Of a stretch of DNA of 64,000 nucleotides, positions 27,301 through 44,809 are shown in pieces. The stretch is from the NCBI GenBank assembly GCA_951406725.2, contig OX597843.1, positions 12,028,001 through 12,092,000 of the forward strand. Direction: 5' to 3'. Source of the DNA: Octopus vulgaris. Taxonomy: Eukaryota. Both the position numbers and the translations under genes were made by a program. Each line of letters starts with the position of its first letter. Position 1 is the first letter of the stretch. The notes beneath the pieces were generated by a model. The model worked only from the letters and a program-made list of their open reading frames with translations. It did no database searches and had not been told where the DNA came from.

Positions 27301-30300
27301 TGTATACATATATATACAAATTATATATATGTATGCAAATATATACAAATTATATATATGTATACAAATATATACAAATTATATATATGTATACAAATAT
27401 ATACAAATTATATATATGTATACAAATATATAGAAATTATATATATATGTATACAAATATATACAAATTATATATATGTATACAAATATATACAAATTAT
27501 ATATATGTATACAAATATATACAAATTATATATATGTATACAAATATATACAAATTATATATATGTATACAAATATATACAAATTATATATATGTATACA
27601 AATATATACAAGTTATATATATGTATACAAATATATACAAATTATATATATGTATACAAATATATACAAATTATATATATGTATACAAATATATACAAAT
27701 TATAGATATGTATACAAATATATACAAATTATAGATATGTATATAAATATATACAAATTATAGATATGTATATAAATATATACAAATTATATATATGTAT
27801 ATAATTATATACAAATTATATATATGTATATAATTATATACAAATTATATATATGTATATAATTATATACAAATTATATATATGTATATAATTATATACA
27901 AATTATATATATGTATATAAATAAATACAAATTATATATATGTACATAAATATATACAAATTATATATATGTATACAAATATATATATGTATACAAATAT
28001 ATACAAATTATATATATATATACAAATATATACAGATTATATATATGTATACAAATTATATATATGTATACAAATATATACAAATTATATATGTGTATAC
28101 AAATATATACAAATGGTATATATATGTATACAAATATATACAAATTATATATATGTATACAAATATATACAAATTATATATATGTATACGAATATATACT
28201 TTTATATATGTATACAAATATATACAAATTATATATATGTATACAAATATATACAAATTATATATATGTATACAAATATATACAAATTATATATATATAT
28301 AGAATATATACAATAATATATATATGTATACAAATATACACAACTTATATATATGTATACAAATATATACACATTATATATATGTATACAAATTATATAT
28401 ATGTAAATAAACATATACAAATTATATATGTATATAAATATATACAAATTATATATATGTATATAAATATATACAAATTATATATCTGTATATAAATATA
28501 TACAAATTATATATATGTATATAAATATATAAAACTTATATATATGTATACAAATATATACAAATTATATATATGTATACAATCATATACAAGTTATATA
28601 TATGTATACAAATAGGTACAAATCATATATATGTATACAAATATATACAAGTTATATATATGTATACAAATATATACAAATTATATATATGTATAAAATA
28701 TATACAAATTATATATATGTATACAAATATATACAAATTATATATATAAATACAAATATATAGTTTTTATATATGTATACAAATATATACAAATTATATA
28801 TATGTATACAAATATATACAAATTATATTTATGTATATAAATATATACAAATTATAGATATGTATATAAATATATACAATTTATAGATATGTATATAAAT
28901 ATATACAAATTAAATATATGTATATAATTATATACAAATTATATATATGTATATAAATAAATACAAATTATATATAAGTACATAAATATATACAAATTAT
29001 ATATATGTATACAAATATATACAAATTATATATATGTATACAATTACATACAAATTTTATGTATGTATACAAATATATGCAAATTATATATATGTATACA
29101 AATATATACAAATGGTATATATATGTATACAAATATATACAAATTATATATATGTATACAAATATATACAAATTATATATATGTATACGAATATATACTT
29201 TTATATATGTATACAAATATATACAAATTATATATATGTATACAAATATATACAAATTATATATATGTATACAAATATATACAAATTATATATATGTATA
29301 CAAATATATACAAATAATATATATGTATACAAATATATACAAATTATATATATGTATACAAATATATACAAATTATATACATATATACGAATATATACAA
29401 ATAATATATATATGTATACAAATATATACAACTTATATATATGTATACAAATATATACACATTATATATATGTATTCAAATTATATATATGTAAATAAAC
29501 ATATACAAATTATATATATGTATATAAATATATACAAATTATATATATGTATATAAATATATACAAATTATATATCTGTATATAAATATATACAAATTAT
29601 ATATATGTATATAAATATATAAAACTTATATATATGTATACAAATATATACAAATTATATATATGTATACAAATATATACAAATTATATATATGTATACA
29701 AATATATACAAATTATATATATGTATACAAATATATACAAATTATATATATGTATAAAAATATATACAAATTATATATATGTATACAAATATATACAAAT
29801 TATATATATGTATACAAATATATACAAATTATATATATGTATACAAATATATAAAAATTATATATATGTATACAAATATATACAAATTATATGTATGTAT
29901 ATAAATATATACATATTATATTTATGTATATAAATATTTACAAATTATAGATATGTATATAAATATATACAATTTATAGATATGTATATAAATATATACA
30001 AATTAAATCTATGTATATAATTATGTACAAATTTTATATATGTATATAAATAAATACAAATTTTATATATGTATATAAATATATACAAATTATATATATG
30101 TACATAAATATATACAAATTATATATATGTATACAAATTATATATATGTATACAAATATATACAAATTATATATATGTATACAAATATATACAAATTATA
30201 TATATGTATACAATACATACAAATTTTATATATGTATACAAATATATACAAATTATATATATGTATACAAATATATACAAATTATATATGTGTAAACAAA

Positions 30301-33300
30301 TATATGCAAATAATATATATGTATACAAATATATACAAATTATATATATGTATACAAATATATACAAATTATATATATATATACAAATATATACAAATAA
30401 TATATATATGTATACAAATATATACAACTTATATATATGTATACAAATATATACACATTATATATATGCATACAAATTATATATATGTAAATAAACATAT
30501 ACAAATTATATATATGTATATAAATATATACAAATTATATATCTGTATATAAATATATACAAATTATATATACGTATATAAATATATAAAATATATATAT
30601 ATGTATACAAATATATACAAATTATATATATGTATACAAATATATAGAAATTATATATATGTATACAAATATATACAAATTATATATATGTATACAAATA
30701 TATACACATTATATATATATATACAAATATATACAAGTTATATATATGTATAGAAATATATACAAATTATATATATGTATACAAATATATACAAATTATA
30801 TATATGTATACAAATAAATACAAATTATATATATGTATACAAATATATAGTTTTTATATATGTATACAAATATATACAAATTATATATATGTATACAAAT
30901 ATATACATATTATATGTATGTATATAAATATATACATATTATATTTATGTATATAAATATATACAAATTATAGATATGTTTATAAATATATACAATTTAT
31001 AGATATGTATATAAATATATACAAATTAAATCTATGTATTTAATTATATACAAATATTATATATGTATATAAATAAATACAAATTATATATATGTACATA
31101 TATATATACGAATTATATATATGTATACAAATATATACATGTATACAAATATATACAAATTAGGTATATGTATACAAATATATACAAATTATATATATGA
31201 ATACAATTACATACAAAGTTTATATATGTATACAAATATATACAAATTATATATGTGTATACAGATATATACAAATGGTATATATATGTATACAAATATA
31301 TACAAATTATATATATGTATACAAATATATACAAATTATATATATGTATACGAAAATATACTTTTTATATATGTATACAAATATATACAAATTATATATA
31401 TGTATACAAATATATACAAATTATATATATGTATACAAATATATACAAATTATATATATGTATACAAATATATACAAATTATATATATGTATACAAATAT
31501 ATACAAATATATATATATATATACAAATATATACATATATTATATATATGTATACAAATATACACAACTTATATATATGTATACAAATATATACACATTA
31601 TATATATGTATACAAATTATATATATGTAAATAAACATATACAAATTATATATATGTATATAAATATATACAAATTATATATCTGTATATAAATATATAC
31701 AAATTATATATATGTATATAAATATATAAAACTTATATATATGTATACAAATATATACAAATTATATATATGTATACAAATATATACAAATTATATATAT
31801 GTATACAAATATATACAAATTATATATATGTATACAAATATATACAAATTATATATATGTATACAAATATATACAAATTATATATATATGTATACAAATA
31901 TATACAAATTATATATATGTATACAAATATATACAAATTATATGTATGTATACAAATATATACAAAATATATGTATGTATATAAATATATACAAATTATA
32001 TTTATGTATATAAATATATACAAATTATAGATATGTATATAAATATATACAATTTATAGATATGTATATAAATATATACAAATTAAATATATGTATATAA
32101 TTATATACAAATTATATATATGTATATAAATAAATACAAATTATATATATGTACATAAATATATACAAATTATATATATGTATACAAATATATATATGTA
32201 TACAGATATATACAAATTATATATATGTATACAAATATATACAAATTATATATATGTATACAATTACATACACATTTTATATATGTATACAAATATATAC
32301 AAATTATATATATGTATACAAATATATAGAAATTATATATATGTATAAAAATATATACAAATTATATATATGTATACAAATATATACAAATTATATATAT
32401 GTATACAAATATATACAAATTATATATGTGTATACAAATATATACAAATGGTATATATATGTATACAAATGTATACAAATTCTTATATATGTATACAAAT
32501 ATATACAAATTATTTATATGTATGCAAATATATACAAATCATATATATGTATACAAATATATACAAATTATATATATGTATATGAATATATACAAATTAT
32601 ATATATATATATATATGAATATATACAAATTATATATATGTATATGAATATCTACAAATTATATACATGCATATGAATATCTACAAAATAGATACATGCA
32701 TATGAATATCTACAAATTATATACATGCATGTGAATATATACAAATTATATATATGCATATGAATATATACAAATTATATATATGCATACAAATATATAC
32801 AAATTATATATATGCATATGAATATATACAAACTATATATATATGCATATGAATATATACAAATTATATATATGTATATTAATATATACAAATTATATAT
32901 ATGCATATAAATATATACAAATTATATATATGCATACAAATATATACAAATTATAAATATGCATATAAATACATACAACTTTTATATATGAATATAAATA
33001 TGTACAAATTATATATATGTATACAAATATATACAAATTATATATATGTATACAAATTATATATATGTATACAAATTATATATTTGTATATAAACGTATA
33101 CAAATTATATATTTGTATATAAACGTATACAAATTATATATTTGTATATAAATGTATAGAAATTATATATAATTATATATATAATTTGTATATATTTATA
33201 TACATATATATAAATATATACAAATTATATATATGTATATAAATATATACAAATTATATATATGTATATGAATATATACAAATTATATATATGTATATGA

Positions 33301-35185
33301 ATATATACAAATTATATATATGTATATGAATATATACAAATTATATATATGTATATGAATATATACAAATTATATATATGTATATGAATATATACAAGTT
33401 ATATATATGTATATGAATATATACAAATTATATAAATGTATATGAATATATACAAATTATTTAAATGTATATGAATATATACAAATTATATAAATGTATA
33501 TGAATATATACAAATTATATATATGTATATGAATATATACAAATTATATAAATGTATATGAATATATACAAATTATATATATGTATATGAATATATACAA
33601 ATTATATATATGTATATGAATATATACAAATTATATATATGTATATGAATATATACAAATTATATATATGTATATGAATATATACAAATTATATATATGT
33701 ATATGAATATATACAAATTATATATATGTATATGAAGATATACGAATTGCATATATGTATATGAAGATATACGAATTACATATATGTATATGAAGATATA
33801 CGAATTACATATATGTATATGAAGATATACGAATTACATATATGTATATGAAGATATACGAATTACATATATGTATATGAAGATATACGAATTACATATA
33901 TGTATATAAATATATACAAATTATATATTTGTATATGAATATATACAAATTACATATATGTATATGAAAATATGCAAATTATATATATGTATATGAAGAT
34001 ATATAAATTATATATATGCATACAAATTATATATATGTATATATGTATACAAATTATATATATGTATATATGTATACAAATTATATATATGTATATAAAT
34101 GTATACAAATTATATATATGTATATAAATGTATACAAATTATATATATGTATATAAATGTATACAAATTATATATATGTATATGAATATGTACAAATTAT
34201 ATATATATATATATGAAGATATACAAATTATATATATGCATACAAATTATATATATGTATATAAACGTATACAAATTATATATATGTATATAAACGTATA
34301 CAAATTGTATATTTGTATATAAATATATACAAAATATATATAAATATAAATATAATTAGTATATATCAATATACATATATATAAATATATACAAATTATA
34401 TATATGTATATAAATATATACAAATTATATATATGTATATAAATATATACAAATTATATATATGTATATAAATATATACAAATTATATATATGTATATGA
34501 ATATATACAAATTATATATATGTATATGAATATATACAAATTATATATATGTATATAAACATATACAAATTATATATATGTATATAAATATATACAAATT
34601 ATATATATGTGTATAAATATATACAAATTATATATATGTATTTAAATATATACAAATTATGTATATGTGTATATAAATATATACAAATTATATATTTGTA
34701 TATAAATATATACAAATTATATATATGTATATGAATATATACAAATTATATACATGTATATGAATATATACAAATTATATACATGTATATGAATATATAC
34801 AAATTATATACATGTATATGAATATATACAAATTATATACATGTATATGAATATATACAAATTATATATATGTATATGAAGATATACAAATTATATATAT
34901 GTATATGAAGATATACAAATTATATATATGCATACAAATTATATATATGTATATAAACGTATACAAATTATATATTTGTATATAAATATATACAAAATAT
35001 ATATAATTATAAATATAATTAGTATATATATATATACATATATATAAATATATACAAATTATATATATGTTTATAAATATATACAAATTATATATTTGTA
35101 TATAAATATATACAAATTATATATATGTATATAAATATATACAAATTATATATATGTATATGAAGAATATACAAGTTATATACAT

Positions 35186-35377
35186 AGAGCGCAATGGCCT
35201 AGTGGTTAGGGCAGCGGATCGCAGGATCGTTTCGATTTCAGACCGGGCTTTGAGTGTGTTTATTGAGCGAAAACATAAAATCTACGATCCGGCAGGGGTG
35301 TGATCCCTGCTGTACTCTTTCACCACAATGGCGGTGTATATGGCACAGCTCATAGCTGAAATATATACAAACATAAA
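35186..35377 (+). mobile_element. Deletion-riddled duplicate of the satellite-embedded SINE at 38083
   Basis: gcgcaatggcctagtggttagggcagcgga...; same satellite flanks as 38083-38301. Confidence 0.85.
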
Positions 35378-38082
35378 CATGTATATGAAGATATACAAGT
35401 TATATACATGTATATAAATGTATACAAATTATATACATGTATATAAATGTATACAAATTGTATACATGTATATAAATGTATACAAATTATATACATGTAT
35501 ATAAATGTATACAAATTATATACATGTATATAAATGTATACAAATTATATACATGTATATAAATGTATACAAATTATATACATGTATATAAATGTATACA
35601 AATTATATACATGTATATAAATGTATACAAATTATATACATGTATATAAATGTATACAAATTATATACATGTATATAAATGTATACAAATTATATACATG
35701 TATATATAAATGTATACAAATTATATACATGTATATAAATGTATACAAATTATATACATGTATATAAATGTATACAAATTATATACATGTATATAAATGT
35801 ATACAAATTATATATATGTATATAAATGTATACAAATTATATACATGTATATAAATGTATACAAATTATATACATGTATATAAATGTATACAAATTATAT
35901 ACATGTATATAAATGTATACAAATTATATACATGTATATAAATGTATACAATTTATATATATGTATATAAATGTATACAAATTATAAATATGTAGTTAGT
36001 TAGTTAGTTAGTTAATTGTATACAAATTATATATATGTATATAAATGTATGCAAATTATATATATGTATATAAATGTATGCAAATTATATATATGTATAT
36101 AAATGTATACAAATTATATATATGTATATAAATGTATGCAAATTATATATATGTATATAATTGTATATAAATTATATATATGTATATAATTGTATATAAA
36201 TTATATATATGTATATAATTGTATATAAATTATATATATGTATATAATTGTATATAAATTATATATATGTATATAAATGTATACAAATTATATATATGTA
36301 GTTAGTTAGTTAATTAGTTAATTGTATACAAATTATATATATGTATATAAATGTATGCAAATTATATATATGTATATAAATGTATGCAAATTATATATAT
36401 GTAATTAGTTAGTTAGTTAGTTAATTGTATACACATTATATATATGTATATAAATGTATGCAAATTATATATATGTATATAAATGTATGCAAATTATATA
36501 TATGTATATAAATGTATACAAATTATATATATGTATATAAATGTATACAAATTATATATATGTATATAAATGTATACAAATTATATATATGTATATAAAT
36601 GTATACAAATTATATATATGTATATAAATGTATACAAATTATATATATGTATATAAATGTATACAAATTATATATATGTAGTTAGTTAGTTAGTTAATTG
36701 TATACAAATTATATATATGTATATAAATGTATGCAAATTATATATATGTATATAAATGTATACAAATTATATATATGTATATAAATGTATACAATTATAT
36801 ATATGTATATAAATGTATACAATTATATATATGTATATAAATGTATACGAATTATATATATGTATATAAATGTATACGAATTATATAATGTATATAAATG
36901 CATACAATTATATATATGTATATAAATGTATACGAATTATATATATGTATATAAATATATACGAATTATATATATGTATATAAATGTATACGAATTATAT
37001 ATATGTATATAAATGTATATAATTATATATATGTATATAAATGCATACGAATTATATATATGTATATAAATATAATTATATATATGTATATAAACGTATA
37101 CAAATTGTATATTTGTATATAAATATATACAAAATATATATAAATATAAATATAATTAGTATATATCAATATACATATATATAAATATATACAAATTATA
37201 TATATGTATAAAAATATATATAAATTATATATATGTATATGAATATATATACAAATAATATATATGTATATGAATATAGACAAGTTATATATATGTATAT
37301 GAATATATACAAATTATATATATGTATATGAATATATACAAATTATATATATGTATATGAATATATACAAATTATATATATGTATATGATTATATGCAAA
37401 TTACATATATGTATATAAATATATACAAATTAAATATTTGTATATAAATATATACAAATTATATATATGTATATGAATATATACAAATTATATATATGTA
37501 TATGAATATATATACAAATAATATATATGTATATGAATATATATACAAATTATATATATGTATATAATATATATACAAATTATATATATGTATATAATAT
37601 ATACAAATTATATATATGTATATGAATATATACAAATTATATAAATGTATATGAATATGTACAAATTATATAAATGTATATAAATATGTACAAATTATAT
37701 AAATGTATATTAATATGTACATAATTATATATATGTATATGAATACATACAAATTATATATATGGATATGAATATATACAAATTATATATATGTATATGA
37801 ATATATACAAATTATATATATGTATATGAATATATACAAATTATATATATGTATATGAATATGTACAAATTATATACATGTATATGAATATGTACAAATT
37901 ATATACATGTATATGAATATGTACAAATTATATACATGTATATGAATATATACAGATTATATACATGTATATGAATATATACAAGTTATATACATGTATA
38001 TGAATATATACAAGTTATATACATGTATATGAATATATACAAGTTATATACATGTATATGAATATATACAAGTTATATACAT

Positions 38083-38301
38083 AGAGGCGCAATGGCCTAG
38101 TGGTTAGGGCAGCGGATTCGCGGTCGCAGGATCGCATTTCGATTCTCAGACCGGGCGTTGTGTGTGTTTATTGAGCAAAACACCTAAAAGTTCTACGAGG
38201 CTCCGGCAGGGGGTGGTGATCCCTGCTGTACTCTTTCACCACAATGGCGGTGCCCCAGCATGGCCACAGCTCAAGAGCTGAAACTGGAAAAACAAACAAA
38301 A
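38083..38301 (+). mobile_element. tRNA-derived SINE (type-3 head, type-2-like tail) inserted in satellite
   Basis: A-box-like tggcctagtgg and B-box-like tttcgattc. Tail ggcggtgccccagcatggccacagctcaagagctgaaac plus an A-rich end. Confidence 0.9.
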
Positions 38302-41300
38302 CATGTATATGAAGATATACAAGTTATATACATGTATATGAAGATATACAAGTTATACATGTATATAAATGTATACAAATTATATACATGTATATAAATG
38401 TATACAAATTATATACATGTATATAAATGTATACAAATTATATTCATGTATATAAATGTATTCAAATTATATACATGTATATAAATGTATACAAATTATA
38501 TACATGTATATAAATGTATACAAATTATATTCATGTATATAAATGTATACAAATTATATTCATGTATATAAATGTATACAAATTATATTCATGTATATAA
38601 ATGTATACAAATTATATACATGTATATAAATGTATACAAATTATATACATGTATATAAATGTATACAAATTATATACATGTATATAAATGTATACAAATT
38701 ATATACATGTATATAAATGTATACAAATTATATACATGTATATAAATGTATACAAATTATATACATGTATATAAATGTATACAAATTATATACATGTATA
38801 TAAATGTATACAAATTATATACATGTATATAAATGTATACAAATTATATATATGTATATAAATGTATACAAATTATATACATGTATATAAATGTATACAA
38901 ATTATATACATGTATATAAATGTATACAAATTATATACATGTATATAAATGTATACAAATTATATTCATGTATATAAATGTATACAAATTATATACATGT
39001 ATATAAATGTATACAAATTATATTCATGTATATAAATGTATACAAATTATATACATGTATATAAATGCATACAAATTATATACATGTATATAAATGTATA
39101 CAAATTATATACATGTATATAAATGTATACAAATTATATATATGTAGTTAGTTAGTTAGTTAATTGTATACAAATTATATATATGTATATAAATGTATGC
39201 AAATTATATATATGTATATAAATGTATGCAAATTATATATATGTATATAAATGTATGCAAATTATATATATGTATATAAATGTATACAAATTATATATAT
39301 GTATATAAATGTATACAAATTATATATATGTATATAAATGTATACAAATTATATATATGTATATAAATGTATACAAATTATATATATGTATATAAATGTA
39401 TACAAATTATATATATGTATATAAATGTATACAAATTATATATATGTAGTTAGTTAGTCAGTTAGTTAATTGTATACAAATTATATATATGTATATAAAT
39501 GCATGCAAATTATATATATGTATATAAATGTATGCAAATTATATATATGTAGTTTGTTATTAGTTAGTTAATTGTATACAAATTATATATATGTATATAA
39601 ATGTATGCAAATTATATATATGTATATAAATGTATGCAAATTATATATATGTATATAAATGTATACAAATTATATATATGTATATAAATGTATACAAATT
39701 ATATATATGTATATAAATGTATACAAATTATATACATGTATATAAATGTATACAAATTATATTCATGTATATAAATGTATACAAATTATATACATATATA
39801 TAAATGTATACAAATTATATACATGTATATAAATGTATACAAATTATATACATGTATATAAATGTATACAAATTATATACATATATATAAATGTATACAA
39901 ATTATATTCATGTATATAAATGTATACAAATTATATACTTGTATATAAATGTATACAAATTATATTCATGTATATAAATGTATACAAATTATATACATGT
40001 ATATAAATGTATACAAATTATATACATGTATATAAATGTATACAAATTATATACATGTATATAAATGTATACAAATTATATTCATGTATATAAATGTATA
40101 CAAATTATATACATGTATATAAATGTATACAAATTATATTCATGTATATAAATGTATACAAATTATATACATGTATATAAATGTATACAAATTATATACA
40201 TGTATATAAATGTATACAAATTATATACATGTATATAAATGTATACAAATTATATTCATGTATATAAATGTATACAAATTATATACATGTATATAAATGT
40301 ATACAAATTATATACATGTATATAAATGTATACAAATTATATACATTTATATAAATGTATACAAATTATATACATGTATATAAATGTATACAAATTATAT
40401 ACATGTATATAAATGTATACAAATTATATACATGTATATAAATGTATACAAATTATATACATGTATATAAATGTATACAAATTATATACATGTATATAAA
40501 TGTATACAAATTATATACATGTATATAAATGTATACAAATTATATATATGTATATAAATGTATACAAATGATATACATGTATATAAATGTATACAAATTA
40601 TATACATGTATATAAATGTATACAAATTATATTCATGTATATAAATGTATACAAATTATATACATGTATATAAATGTATACAAATTATATTCATGTATAT
40701 AAATGTATACAAATTATATACATGTATATAAATGTATACAAATTATATACATGTATATAAATGTATACAAATTATATACATGTATATAAATGTATACAAA
40801 TTATATACATGTATATAAATGTATACAAATTATATATATGTAGTTAGTTAGTTAGTTAGTTAATTGTATACAAATTATATATATGTATATAAATGTATGC
40901 AAATTATATATATGTATATAAATGTATGCAAATTATATATATGTATATAAATGTATGCAAAATATATATGTATATAAATGTATACAAATTATATATATGT
41001 ATATAAATGTATACAAATTATATATATGTATATAAATGTATACAAATTATATATATGTATATAAATGTATACAAATTATATATATGTATATAAATGTATA
41101 CAAATTATATATATGTATATAAATGTATACAAATTATATATATGTATATAAATGTATACAAATTATATATATGTATATAAATGTATACAAATTATATATA
41201 TGTATATAAATGTATACAAATTATATATATGTATATAAATGTATACAAATTATATATATGTAGTTAGTTAGTTAGTTAGTTAATTGTATACAAATTATAT

Positions 41301-44300
41301 ATATGTATATAAATGTATGCAAATTATATATATGTATATAAATGTATGCAAATTATATATATGTAGTTAGTTAGTTAGTTAGTTAATTGTATACAAATTA
41401 TATATATGTATATAAATGTATGCAAATTATATATATGTATATAAATGTATGCAAATTATATATATGTATATAAATGTATACAAATTATATATATGTATAT
41501 AAATGTATACAAATTATATATATGTATATAAATGTATACAAATTATATACATGTATATAAATGTATACAAATTATATACATGTATATAAATGTATACAAA
41601 TTATATTCATGTATATAAATGTATACAAATTATATACATGTATATAAATGTATACAAATTATATACATGTATATAAATGTATACAAATTATATACATGTA
41701 TATAAATTTATACAAATTATATACATGTATATAAATGTATACAAATTATATTCATGTATATAAATGTATACAAATTATATACATGTATATAAATGTATAC
41801 AAATTATATATATGTATATAAATGTATACAAATTATATACATGTATATAAATGTATACAAATTATATACATGTATATAAATGTATACAAATTATATACAT
41901 GTATATAAATGTATACAAATTATATACATGTATATAAATGTATACAAATTATATACATGTATATAAATGTATACAAATTATATACATGTATATAAATGTA
42001 TACAAATTATATACATGTATATAAATGTATACAAATTATATACATGTATATAAATGTATACAAATTATATACATGTATATAAATGTATACAAATTATATA
42101 CATGTATATAAATGTATACAAATTATATTCATGTATATAAATGTATACAAATTATATACATGTATATAAATGTATACAAATTATATTCATGTATATAAAT
42201 GTATACAAATTATATACATGTATATAAATGTATACAAATTATATACATGTATATAAATGTATACAAATTATATACATGTATATAAATGTATACAAATTAT
42301 ATACATGTATATAAATGTATACAAATTATATACATGTATATAAATGTATACAAATTATATACATGTATATAAATGTATACAAATTATATACATGTATATA
42401 AATGTATACAAATTATATTCATGTATATAAATGTATACAAAAATATATACATGTATATAAATGTATACAAATTATATTCATGTATATAAATGTATACAAA
42501 TTATATACATGTATATAAATGTATACAAATTATATACATGTATATAAATGTATACAAATTATATACATGTATATAAATGTATACAAATTATATATATGTA
42601 GTTAGTTAGTTAATTGTATACAAATTATATATATGTATATAAATGTATACAAATTATATATATGTATATAAATGTATGCAAATTATATATATGTATATAA
42701 ATGTATACAAATTATATATATGTATATAAATGTATACAAATTATATATATGTATATAAATGTATACAAATTATATATATGTATATAAATGTATACAAATT
42801 ATATATATGTATATAAATGTATACAAATTATATATATGTATATAAATGTATACAAATTATATATATGTATATAAATGTATACAAATTATATATATGTAGT
42901 TAGTTAGTTAGTTAGTTAATTGTATACAAATTATATATATGTATATAAATGTATGCAAATTATATATATGTATATAAATGTATGCAAATTATATATATGT
43001 AGTTAGTTAGTTAGTTAGTTAATTGTATACAAATTATATATATGTATATAAATGTATGCAAATTATATATATGTATATAAATGTATGCAAATTATATATA
43101 TGTATATAAATGTATACAAATTATATATATGTATATAAATGTATACAAATTATATATATGTATATAAATGTATACAAATTATATATATGTATATAAATGT
43201 ATACAAATTATATATATGTATATAAATGTATACAAATTATATATATGTAGTTAGTTAGTTAGTTAGTTAATTGTATACAAATTATATATATGTATATAAA
43301 TGTATGCAAATTATATATATGTATATAAATGTATGCAAATTATATATATGTATATAAATGTATGCGAATTATATATATGTATATAAATGTATACGAATTA
43401 TATATATGTATATAAATGCATACGAATTATATATATGTATATAAATGCATACGAATTATATATATGTATATAAATGCATACGAATTATATATATGTATAT
43501 AAATGCATACGAATTATATATATGTATATAAATGCATACGAATTATATATATGTATATAAATGCATACGAATTATATATATGTATATAAATGCATACGAA
43601 TTATATATATGTATATAAATGCATACGAAATATATATATGTATATAAATGCATACGAAATATATATATGTATATAAATGCATACGAAATATATATATGTA
43701 TATAAATGCATACGAATTATATATATGTATATAAATGCATACGAATTATATATATGTATATAAATGCATACGAATTATATATATGTATATAAATGCATAC
43801 GAATTATATATATGTATATAAATGCATACGAATTATATATATGTATATAAATGCATACGAAATATATATATATATATAAATGCATACGAATTATATATAT
43901 GTATATAAATGGATACGAATTATATATATGTATATAAATGCATACGAATTATATATATGTATATAAATGCATACGAATTATATATATGTATATAAATGCA
44001 TACGAATTATATATATGTATATAAATGCATACGAATTATATATATGTATATAAATGCATACGAATTATATATATGTATATAAATGCATACGAATTATATA
44101 TATGTATATAAATGCATACGAATTATATATATGTATATAAATGCATACGAATTATATATATGTATATACATGCATACGAATTATATATATGTATATAAAT
44201 GTATACAAATTATATATATGTATATAAACGCATACAAATTGTATATTTGTATATAAATATATACAAAATATATATAATTATAAATATAATTAATATATAT

Positions 44301-44809
44301 CTATATACATATATATAAATACATACAAATTATATATATAAATATATACAAATTATATATATAAATATATACAAATTATATATATAAATATATACAAATT
44401 ATATATATAAATATATACAAATTATATATTTGTATATATACAAATTATATATTTGTATATATACAAATTATATATTTGTATATATACAAATTATATATAT
44501 GTGTATGAATATATACAAATTATATATATGTATATCAATATATACAAATTATATATATGTATATGAATATATACAAATTATATATATGTATATGAATATA
44601 TACAATTTATATATATGTATATGAAGATATACAAACTATGTATATGTATATGAATATATGCAAATGATATATATGTATATGAATATATACAAATTATATA
44701 TATGTATATGAATATATACAAATTATATATATGTATATGAATATATACAAATTATATATATGTATATGAATATATACAAATTATATATATGTATACATAT
44801 ATAAAGAAA

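Larger units (their letters stand above)
24390..44808 (+). repeat. 29-bp AT-rich satellite (~20 kb, roughly 700 units) with variant domains and higher-order repeats
   Basis: Consensus aaatatatacaaattatatatatgtatac. Variants ..tataaat.., ..tatgaat.., aaatgtatac..tacatg and gcatacgaa occur in blocks. Confidence 0.97.

Noticed and set aside
35990-43275. (TTAG)n as telomeric repeat
   Set aside because: It is a 4-mer, not TTAGG or TTAGGG; true TTAGGG runs occur separately.
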